A DNA stretch of 64,000 nucleotides, from NCBI RefSeq assembly GCF_004010195.1, contig NC_057759.1, positions 5,304,341 to 5,368,340 on the forward strand, in the 5' to 3' direction. Source of the DNA: Chiloscyllium plagiosum (taxonomy: Eukaryota). Positions 51,025 through 64,000 of this stretch are shown in pieces (within the stretch, counting starts at the first letter, position 1; each line of letters opens with the position of its first letter). The notes under the pieces are model-generated. The model was not told the DNA's origin. It made no database searches and worked only from the letters and a program-made list of their open reading frames with translations. A program made the translations under genes and the position numbers.

Positions 51025-52284
51025 GATCCAGTTCACCTCTGCAGTTCTGTTTGAATTTCAGAAGATGCGAGAGGCAGAAAATGAAATTTCACATCAGGTT
51101 TTACTGGGAAGCAGGCAAACTCAGGAAAATGAATATTGATGTTTTGAAAAGAGTTCACCTTACAGAAGAGGAAATGCTGGAGGTCTTTGAAAACAAAGTT
51201 GGATAATCTCAGAGACCTAATCTAGCGTATCCCAGGACATTGTGTGAATTAAGGAGGATATTGTGGTGCCCCTTGCAGAAATATTTGTATCATATGTAAC
51301 TATGGTGATGTGCTGGATGATCGGATATTGGGTAATATTTTGCCATTATTTTAAGATGGGATGCAAGGAGAAGCCTGGGAAATATAGACCTGTGAGTATG
51401 ACTTGTGTGATGGGTACATTGTTGGAGGTGATTCTGAAAGATAGGATTCAAATGGACGGTTTGGGGAGGACAATAGACAATAGGTGCAGGAGTAGGCCAT
51501 TCTGCCCTTCGAGCCTGCACCACCAGGATGCAAGTTACCAATGATGTTCCACCCCAATCAGTGCTGGGTCCGCTTTTGTTTGTTTTTTTCTGTAAATGAT
51601 TTAGATGAAAATACAAAAGGCATGGTTAGTAATTTTGCAGATGTCATCAAAATTGGTGGTATAGTGAAGGCTATCTCAGATTAGAAATAAATCTTGATTA
51701 AATCAGTCAATGGTGTGAGGAATGGCAGATGGAGTTACGGAGACATTGCATATTTACAAAACAACAAGGGTAGGCCTTATACAATTACAAGCAGGGCCTT
51801 GGGTAGTGCTGCTGAACAGAGAGACCTAGTTGGCCAGCTGCATATTTTTGAAGTTTGCTTCACATGTCGACAATGTGGTGAAGAACACATCTAATGTGCT
51901 TGCCTTCATTGCTCAGACCTTTGAGTACAAGGAGTTGAAAGGTCATATTGAGATTGCATAGGATGTTGATGAGTCCTCTTCTGGATTACCGTATCAAGTT
52001 CTGATCACCCTGATATCAAAAGTATACTATTGAGCTGGAAAGGGTTCAGAAAAGGTTTACTAGAATGTTGATGTCCATCATATTAGGCTGGGACTTCTGT
52101 GTTCTCTGGAACCTAAGATCTTGATGGGTGATAGAGTTTTGACAACCCCGAGGGCTAAAGGGAAGGGGAATTGTATCTATCTTTTTCTATGGTAAGTGAC
52201 TGCAAGGCTATGAGATGCATTTTTAAGGTAAAAGGAAAAAGATTTTAAAAGTAAGTTTTTTTAAAAACAGCATAGATTGTGTGG

Positions 52285-52367
52285 AATTAACTTCGAAAGG
52301 AGTTGATGCTATGGACACAGTCACAATTAACTTCGAAAGGAGGTGATGCTATGGACACAGTCACAAT
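52285..52367 (+). repeat. 40-bp tandem duplication
   Basis: AATTAACTTCGAAAGGAGKTGATGCTATGGACACAGTCAC twice. Confidence 0.92.
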
Positions 52368-52624
52368 GTTGAAAAGACATTTAGATAAGTATATCATTGT
52401 TAAGATTTTGGAGGATCTGTTTCTGTGCTATTTGCTATTTCTCCTTGCAGTGAGACAGATGTTCTGGTTTGATCTCGGTTCATTTTGAAACCTTCGAAAC
52501 GACAGCAGAAAGTCTCATTCAGAGCACTGTGCAATCAAACAACATCCTCAGTATATGGAAATTTAACTGTAAAATGAATCTATCCGTGGAATGCAAAGAT
52601 AGGGGCAATTCTGTTTGGCAGTGG

Positions 52625-52905
52625 TGGGTATTGCAGATGCTGGAGATTAGAGGGGAGCTTGAAAAGTACAGCAGTTCAGGCAACATCCAAGAAGCAGGAA
52701 AGTCGATGTTTCAGGCAAAATCCTTTGAAATCCTGTAGTCTAGGACACTTAGAATTTATCATAAAATGCGATTATTTCTCTGCTCCCATAGACATTCAGA
52801 TGAAGGGATTTTGCACGAAACATCGATGTTCCTGCTGCTCGGATGCTGCCTGAACTGCTGTGCTTTTCCAGCACTGCACTCATCTAGACTCTGGTTTCCA
52901 ACATG
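52625..52905. mobile_element. Older inverted pair of Penelope-derived elements with a spacer
   Basis: 52627-52726 (-) and 52793-52905 (+); decayed hammerhead CAGATGAAGGGATTTTGCACGAAACATCG. Confidence 0.72.
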
Positions 52906-53053
52906 TGCCCTTGTTTTTCCCATAGACCGTAACAATATCCAATTAAATGGAGCGTGGAATTCATTGATATCCGATACAAAGGCGAGAGCTCTCCCCATTA
53001 AAAGTAAACTAATCAATCCAGAGAGTTTAGCTCCTTTCACAGATGCTGTGAGT

Positions 53054-53069
53054 GGCTCTTAAAAGAGCC
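53054..53069 (-). terminator. Histone 3' stem-loop of H2A copy 2
   Basis: GGCTCTTTTAAGAGCC; AAAGGAGCT downstream element. Confidence 0.95.
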
Positions 53070-53099
53070 TTTTGGCAGTCAGATCCAAGAATGTCCGCT

Positions 53100-53504
<405 letters not shown>

Positions 53505-53547
53505 TCAAACACTTTCAGAGAGAATGGTGCACTCCGCCCACATTACG

Positions 53548-53712
53548 GTCTCTTATACCTTCGGGAGGAATGGTGGGGGGGCCGTTTCTGATTGGTCCCA
53601 TTGTCCAGCCCCTCCTAATGTTGTTCCAATTCCCCAATCCGGAGGGGGCCCGGGGAGGAGGGCGGAAAGTCCAGGCGCTAAATAATCAACCGTTTTTTAA
53701 AACTTGAAAAGC
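53548..53712 (-). promoter_or_regulatory. H2A copy 2 promoter
   Basis: TATAA and CCAAT boxes homologous to 30110-30290; truncated by an N gap. Confidence 0.7.
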
Positions 53713-54212
53713 NNNNNNNNNNNNNNNNNNNNNNNNNNNNNNNNNNNNNNNNNNNNNNNNNNNNNNNNNNNNNNNNNNNNNNNNNNNNNNNNNNNNNNNN
53801 NNNNNNNNNNNNNNNNNNNNNNNNNNNNNNNNNNNNNNNNNNNNNNNNNNNNNNNNNNNNNNNNNNNNNNNNNNNNNNNNNNNNNNNNNNNNNNNNNNNN
53901 NNNNNNNNNNNNNNNNNNNNNNNNNNNNNNNNNNNNNNNNNNNNNNNNNNNNNNNNNNNNNNNNNNNNNNNNNNNNNNNNNNNNNNNNNNNNNNNNNNNN
54001 NNNNNNNNNNNNNNNNNNNNNNNNNNNNNNNNNNNNNNNNNNNNNNNNNNNNNNNNNNNNNNNNNNNNNNNNNNNNNNNNNNNNNNNNNNNNNNNNNNNN
54101 NNNNNNNNNNNNNNNNNNNNNNNNNNNNNNNNNNNNNNNNNNNNNNNNNNNNNNNNNNNNNNNNNNNNNNNNNNNNNNNNNNNNNNNNNNNNNNNNNNNN
54201 NNNNNNNNNNNN
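53713..54212. other. Assembly gap (500 N) between H2A copy 2 and H4 copy 2
   Basis: N run; another 12-N gap at 54847-54858. Confidence 1.
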
Positions 54213-54228
54213 GTCGGAGGGTTTGGGT

Positions 54229-54244
54229 GGCTCTGAAAAGAGCC
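54229..54244 (-). terminator. Histone 3' stem-loop of H4 copy 2
   Basis: GGCTCTTTTCAGAGCC-ACCCA on minus strand; downstream element falls in the N gap. Confidence 0.95.
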
Positions 54245-54276
54245 TTTGGGTTCGTTCGAAAAGGGTCGTTTTATGC

Positions 54277-54597
<321 letters not shown>

Positions 54598-54639
54598 TCA
54601 CTCCAATCGCTGCCGAATGAGAGCCGAGCTTCCTCCCCT

Positions 54640-54710
54640 TCCTTTTTTATACAGCCCGGCCGGACCTGACTGAGAAAGGGCTGACAGAGAGTGGGGGGCG
54701 GGTCCGGAGA
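54640..54710 (-). promoter_or_regulatory. H4 copy 2 promoter: TATA, GGTCCG site II (HiNF-P-type) element, GC box
   Basis: Minus strand reads TCAGTCAGGTCCGGCCGGGCTGTATAAAAAA. Confidence 0.78.
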
Positions 54711-56963
54711 GGAAACTGAGTGACAGACAGAGCAGGGAAATGGCTTTGATCATCAAGCTCCGCCTCCAGCTCACTCCCGCCCCAACTGTGTCTGGGACCG
54801 AACCTTTTCCCCCCAAAGCTGACTATTCCTGAGCAGAGGAGCGCATNNNNNNNNNNNNCCCGGAACTTGGAGTGAGCGGGCTGGGGGGAAGAGAGAGGCC
54901 TTTCTCGGGCTGTGTGTGGGCCTGCTGAGGGAGGCAGAGCGGGAGGAAGCTGCTGTGGGACATTCTTGTGGTTTGCAATCTCTGAACCCAGTTTTAATTT
55001 CAATCTGTTTCCTGGTCTTTCTTGAGGTTGGGTGGACCAACTGTAGGAATATGATACTCTTGTAAAAGGACATACAACAAGGGTCTTGGTAAAAACATTA
55101 GAAATAGCGCCGTTTTTCCTTTTTCCAGCAGTAGTTGGGGAGTTGGATATTGAACTGTGTAAGCATCCTGCTGGTTGAGTACACCTATTCATGGTGCTGG
55201 GCAGTTGTTGCTCAGTTTCTGGATATCACGCAACTGATATCAAGTTAAAAATCGCACAACACCAGGTTTTAGTCCAACAGTTTTTTTTTGGAAGCACTTT
55301 TTTTTTTCTGCATCTCAGTCCCACACCAGCATCTCCAAATCAACTGGTATCGAATCACATGAAAAACAAACACAATCCCCAGACAAGGAGCAGCTCAGAG
55401 TAATAATGGAATCAGATCAGTGGTTCTGGTTAAGTTGTTGGCTTTAAATTAAAAAAAACACACACGTTCTAATTAATATGTAACAAATGTGACAGACTAG
55501 CCTCATGTTGATTTACAAGTGGTGTCCCTGTGTCTTCCTCCAGAAAACACCTGAGGGACTAAGACACTGTAATACTTCCTCAGTTCAAAGTAAAGAGTGA
55601 CCAGCTGTCTCGAATAAATGGAAGGCATGTAGCCCATTGACGTTTACACATCAGTATTGAAGATAAACTGAATCCTCATTCAGGAACTGCATTAAAATCT
55701 GCAGTTAGATTAGATTACTTACAGAATTTACAGAATTTTCAAAGTTACAATGAAGATAAACAAATAGGCTACATCGTTGAAATGATGCAACTATCAGTGA
55801 TGTAAGGGTTAAGTACAGAGATGGAAGGAAACTCTGCTCACTGAGAGGGCATGAGTGACTGAAGAGTCATCGAGACAGAAAGCATAGAAACAGACCCTTT
55901 GGTCCAACTTGTCCATGCCGATCAGATATTGTAACCTAATCTGGTCCCATTTGCCAGCACTTAGCTCATCTCTCTCTAAACCTTTCCTGTTCATATTGTT
56001 AAAGTATAGATTTAAGATGGCCCAGGGAATCCCTTGTGGACTCGGACCTATCAGCCTCTCTTGGTTCGTCCTGGAGATCGTACTCTTTGGTAGTCTGGAA
56101 TAAAAACCTCTTGCAAACAGTTTAGTTCATTGTTAGCCTTCCCCTATATTTACCAATAGCACTGTTGCAACGTAACATTGACATCTAAAACCTTTAAAAA
56201 GTAGGATACCAGCTCTTCCTTTCAGAGCCCTCGCAGGCTACTCCACTCTTCTGTCCCCAATAGGCTTCCTTTTTACAAAACTTTACAAAAAACACTGCAT
56301 GTTCTTAATTAGACAGACAGTGGAAAGGCAATAATTTGTAAGGAAGAGAAGTTAATGAACAGGTCTGTGTGCGCTTAGCTGATCACTCCTGTAGGCCCTT
56401 AGCCATCCATCCGGTGGGAAAAAGATCCAGCCGAGTCAGGCGCCTGTTGGTGAGGTAAGTCCCTATCATAAAGAGGTATCAGTCCAAACTATGTGGGAGA
56501 GGTCATAACGTAACCTTGCACAGCTTGCATGTCAGATATCATTGTTTTACAAAATAGCATCTTAGTGAAGAGGGCAAGCTTTGACCATAAAATACAATCT
56601 GTCAGGAAGCTGTCAGAATCTCTCCAATGATCGGTTTAGAATAATTTTTAAGCTAGGAGGAGACTCCTGCTTTTTATCTTAAACACAAAATCATTCTGTA
56701 CCTGAGGCTGAAAGGTTACATTTTAAATGATTCATTAGTTTCAAATTAAACATGCTTTCTTTTCAAGGTTGTAATTCAAATTCAAAGAAGACAGAAGATC
56801 TGACGAGTTAGAATTGACAGTGGGGCAGTCATGGAGTGTAAGAACACCAAGTAAGTTAAAGCTGCATCAATATTACATTTTAGAGTTTGTATTTCATAAA
56901 TCAGTGAACGGCTACTCAAAATTATCATAAAGTCCCAAAATGCAAATACATTCAACTCTCGGT

Positions 56964-56994
<31 letters not shown>

Positions 56995-57659
56995 CAATAA
57001 GAATCAATTATAATTGATAGGACCTGACCGTTTATTACAAGGCTTTTGACATGCTTCTGAGATGACACCGAGTTTCCGAGATCACGATCAAACATTAATT
57101 TCATAAGTTAACATCTGTGAATGTTATCAGTCTGTGTCCCTTTTACACAGATTCATTGATGTTAAGGAAAATGTTCTTAATTGCTTTAGAGCATCCTGTT
57201 ATCACTTGGTGAGAACAGATTTTTTTTTTAAATCTTCTGTACATCCTAGGTTCCCCCTTTTGTGGCCTGATGCCTCCCTGCCTGTCCTGTTTATTTTCTT
57301 CTGTTCTACAATTCAATATTACATTTAGTCTAAGTATTTAAGGACAAGTTTGAAGGCTTTCTCATTAGACCCACTCAGAGGCCTTTTAAATGTTGTAATT
57401 TTACCAGGCTCCACCACATCTCCATGCGCCTTATGATTTTATAAACTTTTGTAAGGTCACTGTCCAGGGAAAACAGTTCCAGCCTATTCAGCCTCTGCCT
57501 ACAGCTCAAACTCTCCAACATGGATGAATTATATTACATGGAGTTTATCTATCTAAATTAGAGTGGTACTGGAAAAGCACAGCAGTTCAGGCAGCATCTG
57601 AGGAGCAGTCACATACAGAGATGACAATTAAATAATGTGAATTTCAAACAGACAATCTA

Positions 57660-60192
57660 AGCAGGTAGCTCATGCGCTACTCGCAGCATGTCCTTACTAT
57701 AACCCACTGGCAATGGGACTTCATAAACATCTGCCCATTTCTCATCTGCCTGAATGTGATATTCTCCATTTCCTCATTAAGACATCATTTTTAAGATAAT
57801 AACAATCAGGGATACATTTGGATTCGTTTTGTATATGCCTTTTGATAGAATTGCTTTAAATTTTCATCTTTTTGCTGTAACTCAGTTAATTTACCTGAGC
57901 TAAAGATGTCTGCTTTGTTATCTTCTGTTCCTGGTTTGTCTCAACTATCTGATCAAACAGGGTCTCTGCTAATTTCCCTGTAACTTCCTTATCTGTACTC
58001 TTTGATCTTTCCTGTTTCAACTGGTGACTTTGTGACCTCGTTACCACACAGTCAGGAAAAATCCCAGGATAAGTATCCAGCAATAGTTCAGTTGCCTGAA
58101 TTTCCATTGGATTTTCAGCCACAGTCAGCAGCACCAGTGAATCAGCAACATCATTAGCAAGGACAAATTGTATTCCGAGAGCTGAAAGTTTGTCCATTAA
58201 TCCTACGATGACTTCTCCCCTCTTCACGAGACACTCTAACCTCACTTCTTACAACTGAGCATTTCTTCTTTCAATGTGAATTCCCATTACTCGTACCTTT
58301 TCTGGCAATAGTCCTTCAGAGATACATATATCCTCTCACAGATTGAGAGGATCCTTGTATCTCTGAATATTGTTACCTCTTTACCTGTTGCTCCTGGCCT
58401 ATGCGAGTAAACTTTACCTTCACGGTGTATGGTTTAAGAAGATCTGGCACTTCCTCCATAAACAACCTCAGACCAGCTTGTACATTCTGGTGCAGTTTTC
58501 TTGTCTCCACAGTGCTCTCTGTTACCACTCCAACAAAATTCACTGGCTTATCCTGTTTTCCTACATCTGGCTTCTCAGTGCTTTTCCTAACCCGCTAATA
58601 CTGATTCCATGTGGCCTACTTTATTGAAAACACCGGAGCTTTTTCACTTCTCTTTCCCCTTCAAGGGTTTCCTTTTCACCCTGTGGTAAATTATCCTTAT
58701 GATCTTCACTGAGATCTACTTTTTACTTTCCATGTGAGAATTTCTCTTATCCACAATTATTACCCCTCGTGGATTGAAATTGATTTTGGCAGCCCAATTT
58801 TGATTTATTGATCAACTCAATCATCAGCCATTTCTGATGCCAGTCTCTCTGCGTTTTAACTCTCTGCTCTTCCACATGAGTTCTCATTATTTCTGGAAGT
58901 GAATTTTGGTACTCCTGTCTAAGTGCTAATTTCCAAAGTTCAACTCCCTCTTTCTTCCTTTCCTCTCTCTCCTTATCTCTCTCTTCTCCCTTTTCTGCTT
59001 TTAATCGTAATTCAAACCGTTTTGTTTCTGTTGCCCTTTCCTTGACTTTTGCTTCTAAGTCAAGTTGTTTCATTATCAATTGAATGTTCGCCTTCTCTAA
59101 AGATTATGATGGCATTTCCGGCAAATTTAAGTGTTGAGCTATTACTGTAATTATCGCTCTTTTCCTCGTGGGTGGAGGCAGGTTAAGCTCCAGCTTGTCT
59201 GCTAATTCCAGCAGCTTGGCATTAATCACTTTTTGCAAAAATCTGAAGTTACTTCTTCCACCCCCAGAAAACACTTGATGACTCAAAGAGCCATTGCTAT
59301 CCCAAGTACTGTTTCCTGATGAAGGGCTGATGGCCAAAACATTGATTCTCCTACTCTTCAGATGCTGCCTGACGTGCTGTGCTTTTCCAGTACCACACTT
59401 TCATCTCTGATCTCCAGCATCTGTAGTCTTCACTTTCTCCAAGCGCTGTTTAAACCAATTGAATTCAACACTCGGAACAAAAGACGCTAATACTTACCAC
59501 TCACTGCCTTGAGTCCAACAACCCGAATCCCAAATCAGAACTACAGAATACAGAACTGCAAACAGTTCCCAACCTGTTATGGAAAAGGCCAGACCCCCTC
59601 CAAATATTTCAAGAAAGTAACCCGGACCCTAACTTTGCTAGTTGTTTTAAGTGGGTGTAACAAAGATATTCCAGGAGGGATGCAGCTGGTCAAACTCGTA
59701 GTTTTAAAGGAAACAGTTTGATTTACAAATTTACCAAATGATACACAAACAAAAGAGAACAGAATACTAAATAATTTTAAAATCTGAAAACCCAACAGAT
59801 TATACCAACTTAATGATGGTGTTCCCAACATTTACAACAATCCCCATAAATACCCCTTGGTACAAAAGGTAAAATCAAACACAGGGTCTTACAGCAGAGA
59901 TGTCAGAGAGAGAGTACTATCATGGATCTGCTTCTTTGGGTTCAGCAGCTTTTTCAACTGCCTGACGGCTTTCAGTCAATAGCCAGACAGCAAATCTAAC
60001 CAGAGATAACCTGAGCTGGGAAAACTGGGACACTCCCCTTTCATAGTACTAGTGTTCTTTTTAAAAATGTGGGAGCCTTTTGCCTGAGGCATTACCTGTT
60101 AGCTCTAATCAAAATGGCCCTCAAACCCATCAACTTCGACTTTTTGGAGCCTGTGCCATTTACAAGCTTGTTAAAGGAGCAGCAGCATCACA
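57660..60192 (-). mobile_element. Gmr1-like Gypsy remnant, copy C
   Basis: LTR 59575-60192 with intact TGT...ACA ends. Confidence 0.82.
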
Positions 60193-62017
60193 GCAGACTG
60201 GTTGAAGAAGTAAAAGCCCATGGGTAATGTGCTGAATTGGATCCAAAGTTGGCTAGTCACAGGAAAGAAAAGGATAATGGTCAATGGTGGCCATTGTGAA
60301 TGGAAAGCTAATTGAAGTGGAGCTCTGCATGGCTCACTGTTGGGACCTGAACTGTTTGTTTTATCCATTAATGATTGATGAAGGTGGGCAAATTTGCAGA
60401 CGACACAAAAAATTGGCCGTGTAGTGGATAGTGTGGATGGTAGCTGTAAGCTCCAAAACTATACAGATGGTTTGGTGGAGTGGGCAGGAAAGTGGCAGAT
60501 GGAGTTCAGCTCTGGTAAGTGTCAGGGAATGCATTTTGGGAAGTCAGACAATAAATGGAAATAGACAATAAATGGGAATATACTGAGAGGGGCAGGTGAA
60601 GTGAGTGTGTAAATGAACAGATCCCTAAAGATAGATGGGATTGTAAAGAAGGCACATGGAATGCTCTCCCTCATTGGCAGAGGGGTGAATACAAAAATAG
60701 GGAAATAACAATCAAACTGTATGAGGCACTGGTGGCTACAACAGGAGTATTGTGTGCAGTCGGGTCACCACATTACAGGAAGGACGTCATTGCTGTGGAG
60801 AGAGTGCAGAGGAGATTTACTGGAATGTTGCCAGAATTGTAGCTATCAGGAGAGATTGGAGAGGTTGTGGTTGTATTCCTTGTAACAAAGGTGCCACGAT
60901 TAAGGAATACAGGTTGACCCATGTTTCACAGGTCCGGTTATTGCGGTTTACCGTGGTCCAAGTGTATAAAAGGAAATATTCCAGAACCAGGGACCAGCAG
61001 GCTGCCAGGAAGGCAAATTTCCTATTTAAATTAATGGTTTTGCACCTTTCTGTGGATTTGTGTTTCCGCTGCAGGTCCTGGAACATGTCCCACACGGGTA
61101 CAGGTGGGGTGGGTCTACAGTACTAAATAGTGAGCTTCCTGATGAAGGAGCAGCGCTCTGAAAACTTGCATTTCCATATAAACCTATTGAATCATAACGT
61201 GATGTTGTGTGACTTTTAACTAGCTCGTGAGAGGGAGACATTAGACAGGAGGAACCTGTTTACTTTGACAGAGAGTTCAAAAACCAGGGATCACAAATTC
61301 AAGCTAAGTGGATGTAGGCTTAGATGATATGAGGAAAAATGTTTTTTTATAATGTAGAGAGTGGTGGGAATCTGGAATTTGCTGCCTGATTTGGTGGTGC
61401 AGACAAAGACCTTACTTTTTTTAAAACAAAAATTCCCTGGAACTGCACCTCAAGTGTTGTAAACAGCAAGGTTATGGGCTGTGGCAGGATGGTGGGATGA
61501 GAACGGGCATCTGGGTGTGTTGGCATTGGCATGGACAAGGTGGCCTGAATGGCCCCCCTCCCCAATGCTGTATTATTTTTATGATTCTCTAGTTATCAAT
61601 GAGACCAGACCAGTTATTGCTGTGTGAATATGTAAATGTATTTACCATATAGCAAAAGTTACGGTTTGATAATTACACCCACACATTCATCAAGCAGGAA
61701 CGGACAGGTATAGATCAATAACTAAACTCACATATCCACATACTCACTTGCATCAGATGGCCACATTCAAGGAGCTGTATGGCTGTTGTTTAGTTTCTGA
61801 ATCTCACTCAATTGGTGTTAGAATTTTAAGAAAAAGTGGACAAGGAGCAGCTCAGAGCAGGAGTGGAATCAGACCTGTGGTTTTGTTTAAATTGTTGGCT
61901 TTAAACAAAAAATCTTAATGATCATTAACTGAATGTTACATTGATGTTGCCAATCATAGCTGATGTTGATTTACAGGAGGTATCTCTTCTGTCTTCCTCC
62001 AGGCAAGTACTCAAAGG

Positions 62018-62630
62018 ACAACAGAGAATAGTTGCAGGAGTAGGCCATTCTGCCCTTAGAGCCTGCACCACCATTCAATATGATCATGGCTGATCATACT
62101 TAATCAGTATCCTGTTCCTGCCTTATCTCCATAACCCTTGATTCCACTTTCCTTGAAAGCTCTATCCAACTCTTTCTTAAATGAATCCAGAGACTGGGCC
62201 TCCACTGCCCTCTGGGGCAGAGCATTCCACACAGCCACCACTCTCTGGGTGAAGAAGTTTCTCCTCATCTCTGTCTTAAATGGTCTACCTCGTATTTATA
62301 AGCTGTGTCCTCTGGTTTGGTGCACACCCATCAGCGGAAACATGTTTCCTGCTGCCAGAGTGTCCAATCCTTTAATAATCTTATATGTCTCAATCCGATC
62401 CCCTCTCAGTCTTCGAAACTCAAGGGTATACAAGCCCAGTCGCTCTAGTCTTTCAATGTAAGGTAATCCCGCCATTCCAGGAATTGACCTCGTGAAACTA
62501 CGCTGCACACCCTCAATAGCTAGAATGTCTTTCCTCAAATCTGGAGACCAGAACTGCACACAGTACTCCAGGTGTGGTCTCACCAGGGCTCTGTACAGCT
62601 GCAGAAGAACCTCTTTGCTTCTATACTCAA
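62018..62630 (-). mobile_element. CR1 3' fragment private to copy C
   Basis: RPHLEYCVQFWSPDLRKDILAIEGVQR; interrupts sequence that is contiguous at about 19995-20010. Confidence 0.92.
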
Positions 62631-64000
62631 TGTAATATTCCCTCGGTACAGAGCCAGGTGTGACCAGCTGCTTCGAACAAACAGCAGGTATGTTACTGCG
62701 ACCAGAGCGAAGAACATCCTTTCCAGAGTCAGAGTGGATTGAGTCAGACTTACATTGAGCTCCATTCCCAGAGAAATATGTTCAAAACAAGAGTCAAATA
62801 CCATTAAGGAAATAGAAGTTTATATTTTTTTATCTATATTATCAATGCTTGCGACCCAGTTCCAATCAATTTGAATGAATCCTCATCCGAAATATACACT
62901 GCATTAAATCTGAATTGGACCAGTACAGCACAGGAATGGGTCCTACAGCCTACAATGTTGTGCTGAACCTGACGCCAAATGAAATTAATCCCTTCTGCCT
63001 GTCCTTGGTTCATATCCCACCATTTCTTGCATGTTAATTGGCTTATTTTTAAGTCCCTTCAATACCTTTATTGTATCTGCCTCCATCACCCACCCCTGGC
63101 AGTGCGTTCCACTCCTAACACTCTTTACGTTAATAGAAACTGCACCTTAGGTCTCCCTTGAACTTTCACCTTATATGCATGCCCCTTAGTTTTAGGCATT
63201 TCAACTCTTGGAAAAAGATTCGAACCATCAACCTTAACCATGCATCTCAATTTTATAGACTTCTGGATATAGGTTTGCTGGCTGAACTGGAAGGTTTGTT
63301 TTCAGATGTTTCATTGCCATACAGAGGTAATATCATCAGTGAGCCTCCAGATGAAGCACTAGCTTTCAGAGCGCTGCTCGTTCACCAGGCGGTTGTGGAG
63401 CATAAGATCATGAGGCACAGAATTTATAGCAAAAGATTACAATGTCATGCAACTGAAATGATATATTGAATGATTTGGGATTGTTAAGTCTTCATCTTTT
63501 AGATGAAGGTTTCAGTCCATTAATATATACATCCCAGAACATCTTTTAAGTCACATTCTCAAGATGACTTTAGGTTTTATTTAAAAAAGGGTGACATCTC
63601 AGCTAAGCTCAGACAATGTATTAAAGATGTGAGGTTAGAGTCTGTCTGTGTCCCAGTCTTGAGTCAGACTGGTTCTATTGCCAAAGTAGGAATATATAAA
63701 ACATCACATGGACTGACTGCCTGCAGGTTGTGCTCTTTTTGAGCAAAGTAGAATGTATCTGCAAATATAATTCTGCAAATGCAAATTCACCCCAGAGACA
63801 AGTGAGTGAGTGAGAGTACATATGCGAATGTGTGTGTTTGTGTGTGCATGCCTGATAAAGCGTGTTATGAGTGTGATTGTGTCAGCCTGAGGATGGGTGT
63901 AGTGTGGGCTAAGTGTGTGGATGAGAGAGGGTCTGCATGAGTGTGTGCGTGTGTGTCTGAGTGAGAATGTGTGTAGTGTGACAGGATCCCAATCTGAGGC

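Larger units (their letters stand above)
48850..52440 (+). mobile_element. Degenerate CR1 ORF2 fragments (two or more elements)
   Basis: PGKYRPVSMT, FADV.KIGG, LERVQKRFTRML remnants. Confidence 0.75.

Overview
Eukaryotic, repeat-dense vertebrate DNA. It is most likely from a shark, inferred from HE1/V-SINEs, HER1/CR1 LINEs and the MADEKK-type H2B N-terminus; a bamboo-shark-like species is only a guess. Genes: five intact replication-dependent histone genes, each with a 3' stem-loop: H4(+) 27.9 kb, H2A(-) 29.7 kb, H2B(-) 31.1 kb, H2A(-) 53.1 kb and H4(-) 54.3 kb. No H3 or H1 is seen. Structure: the locus is built from three copies of one segmental unit. Copy A spans about 15.9-32 kb. Copy B is a direct, older copy at about 37.7-44.7 kb that lacks the whole H4-H2A-H2B block. 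Copy C is an inverted copy from 54.2 kb to the window end. Repeats: CR1 LINE fragments, SINEs, a Gmr1-like Gypsy remnant in all three copies, putative solo LTRs, a Tigger-like MITE and a decayed 45-50 bp minisatellite. Most notable signal: more than a dozen short Penelope-derived insertions from several families, most retaining an intact or decayed minimal hammerhead-ribozyme core (CTGANGA-helix II-GAAA followed by palindromic ACGT or AGCT). Several have 10-16 bp target-site duplications, and one is a near-perfect palindrome with a core on each strand. There are four N gaps. Repeat boundaries were read by eye and are approximate.
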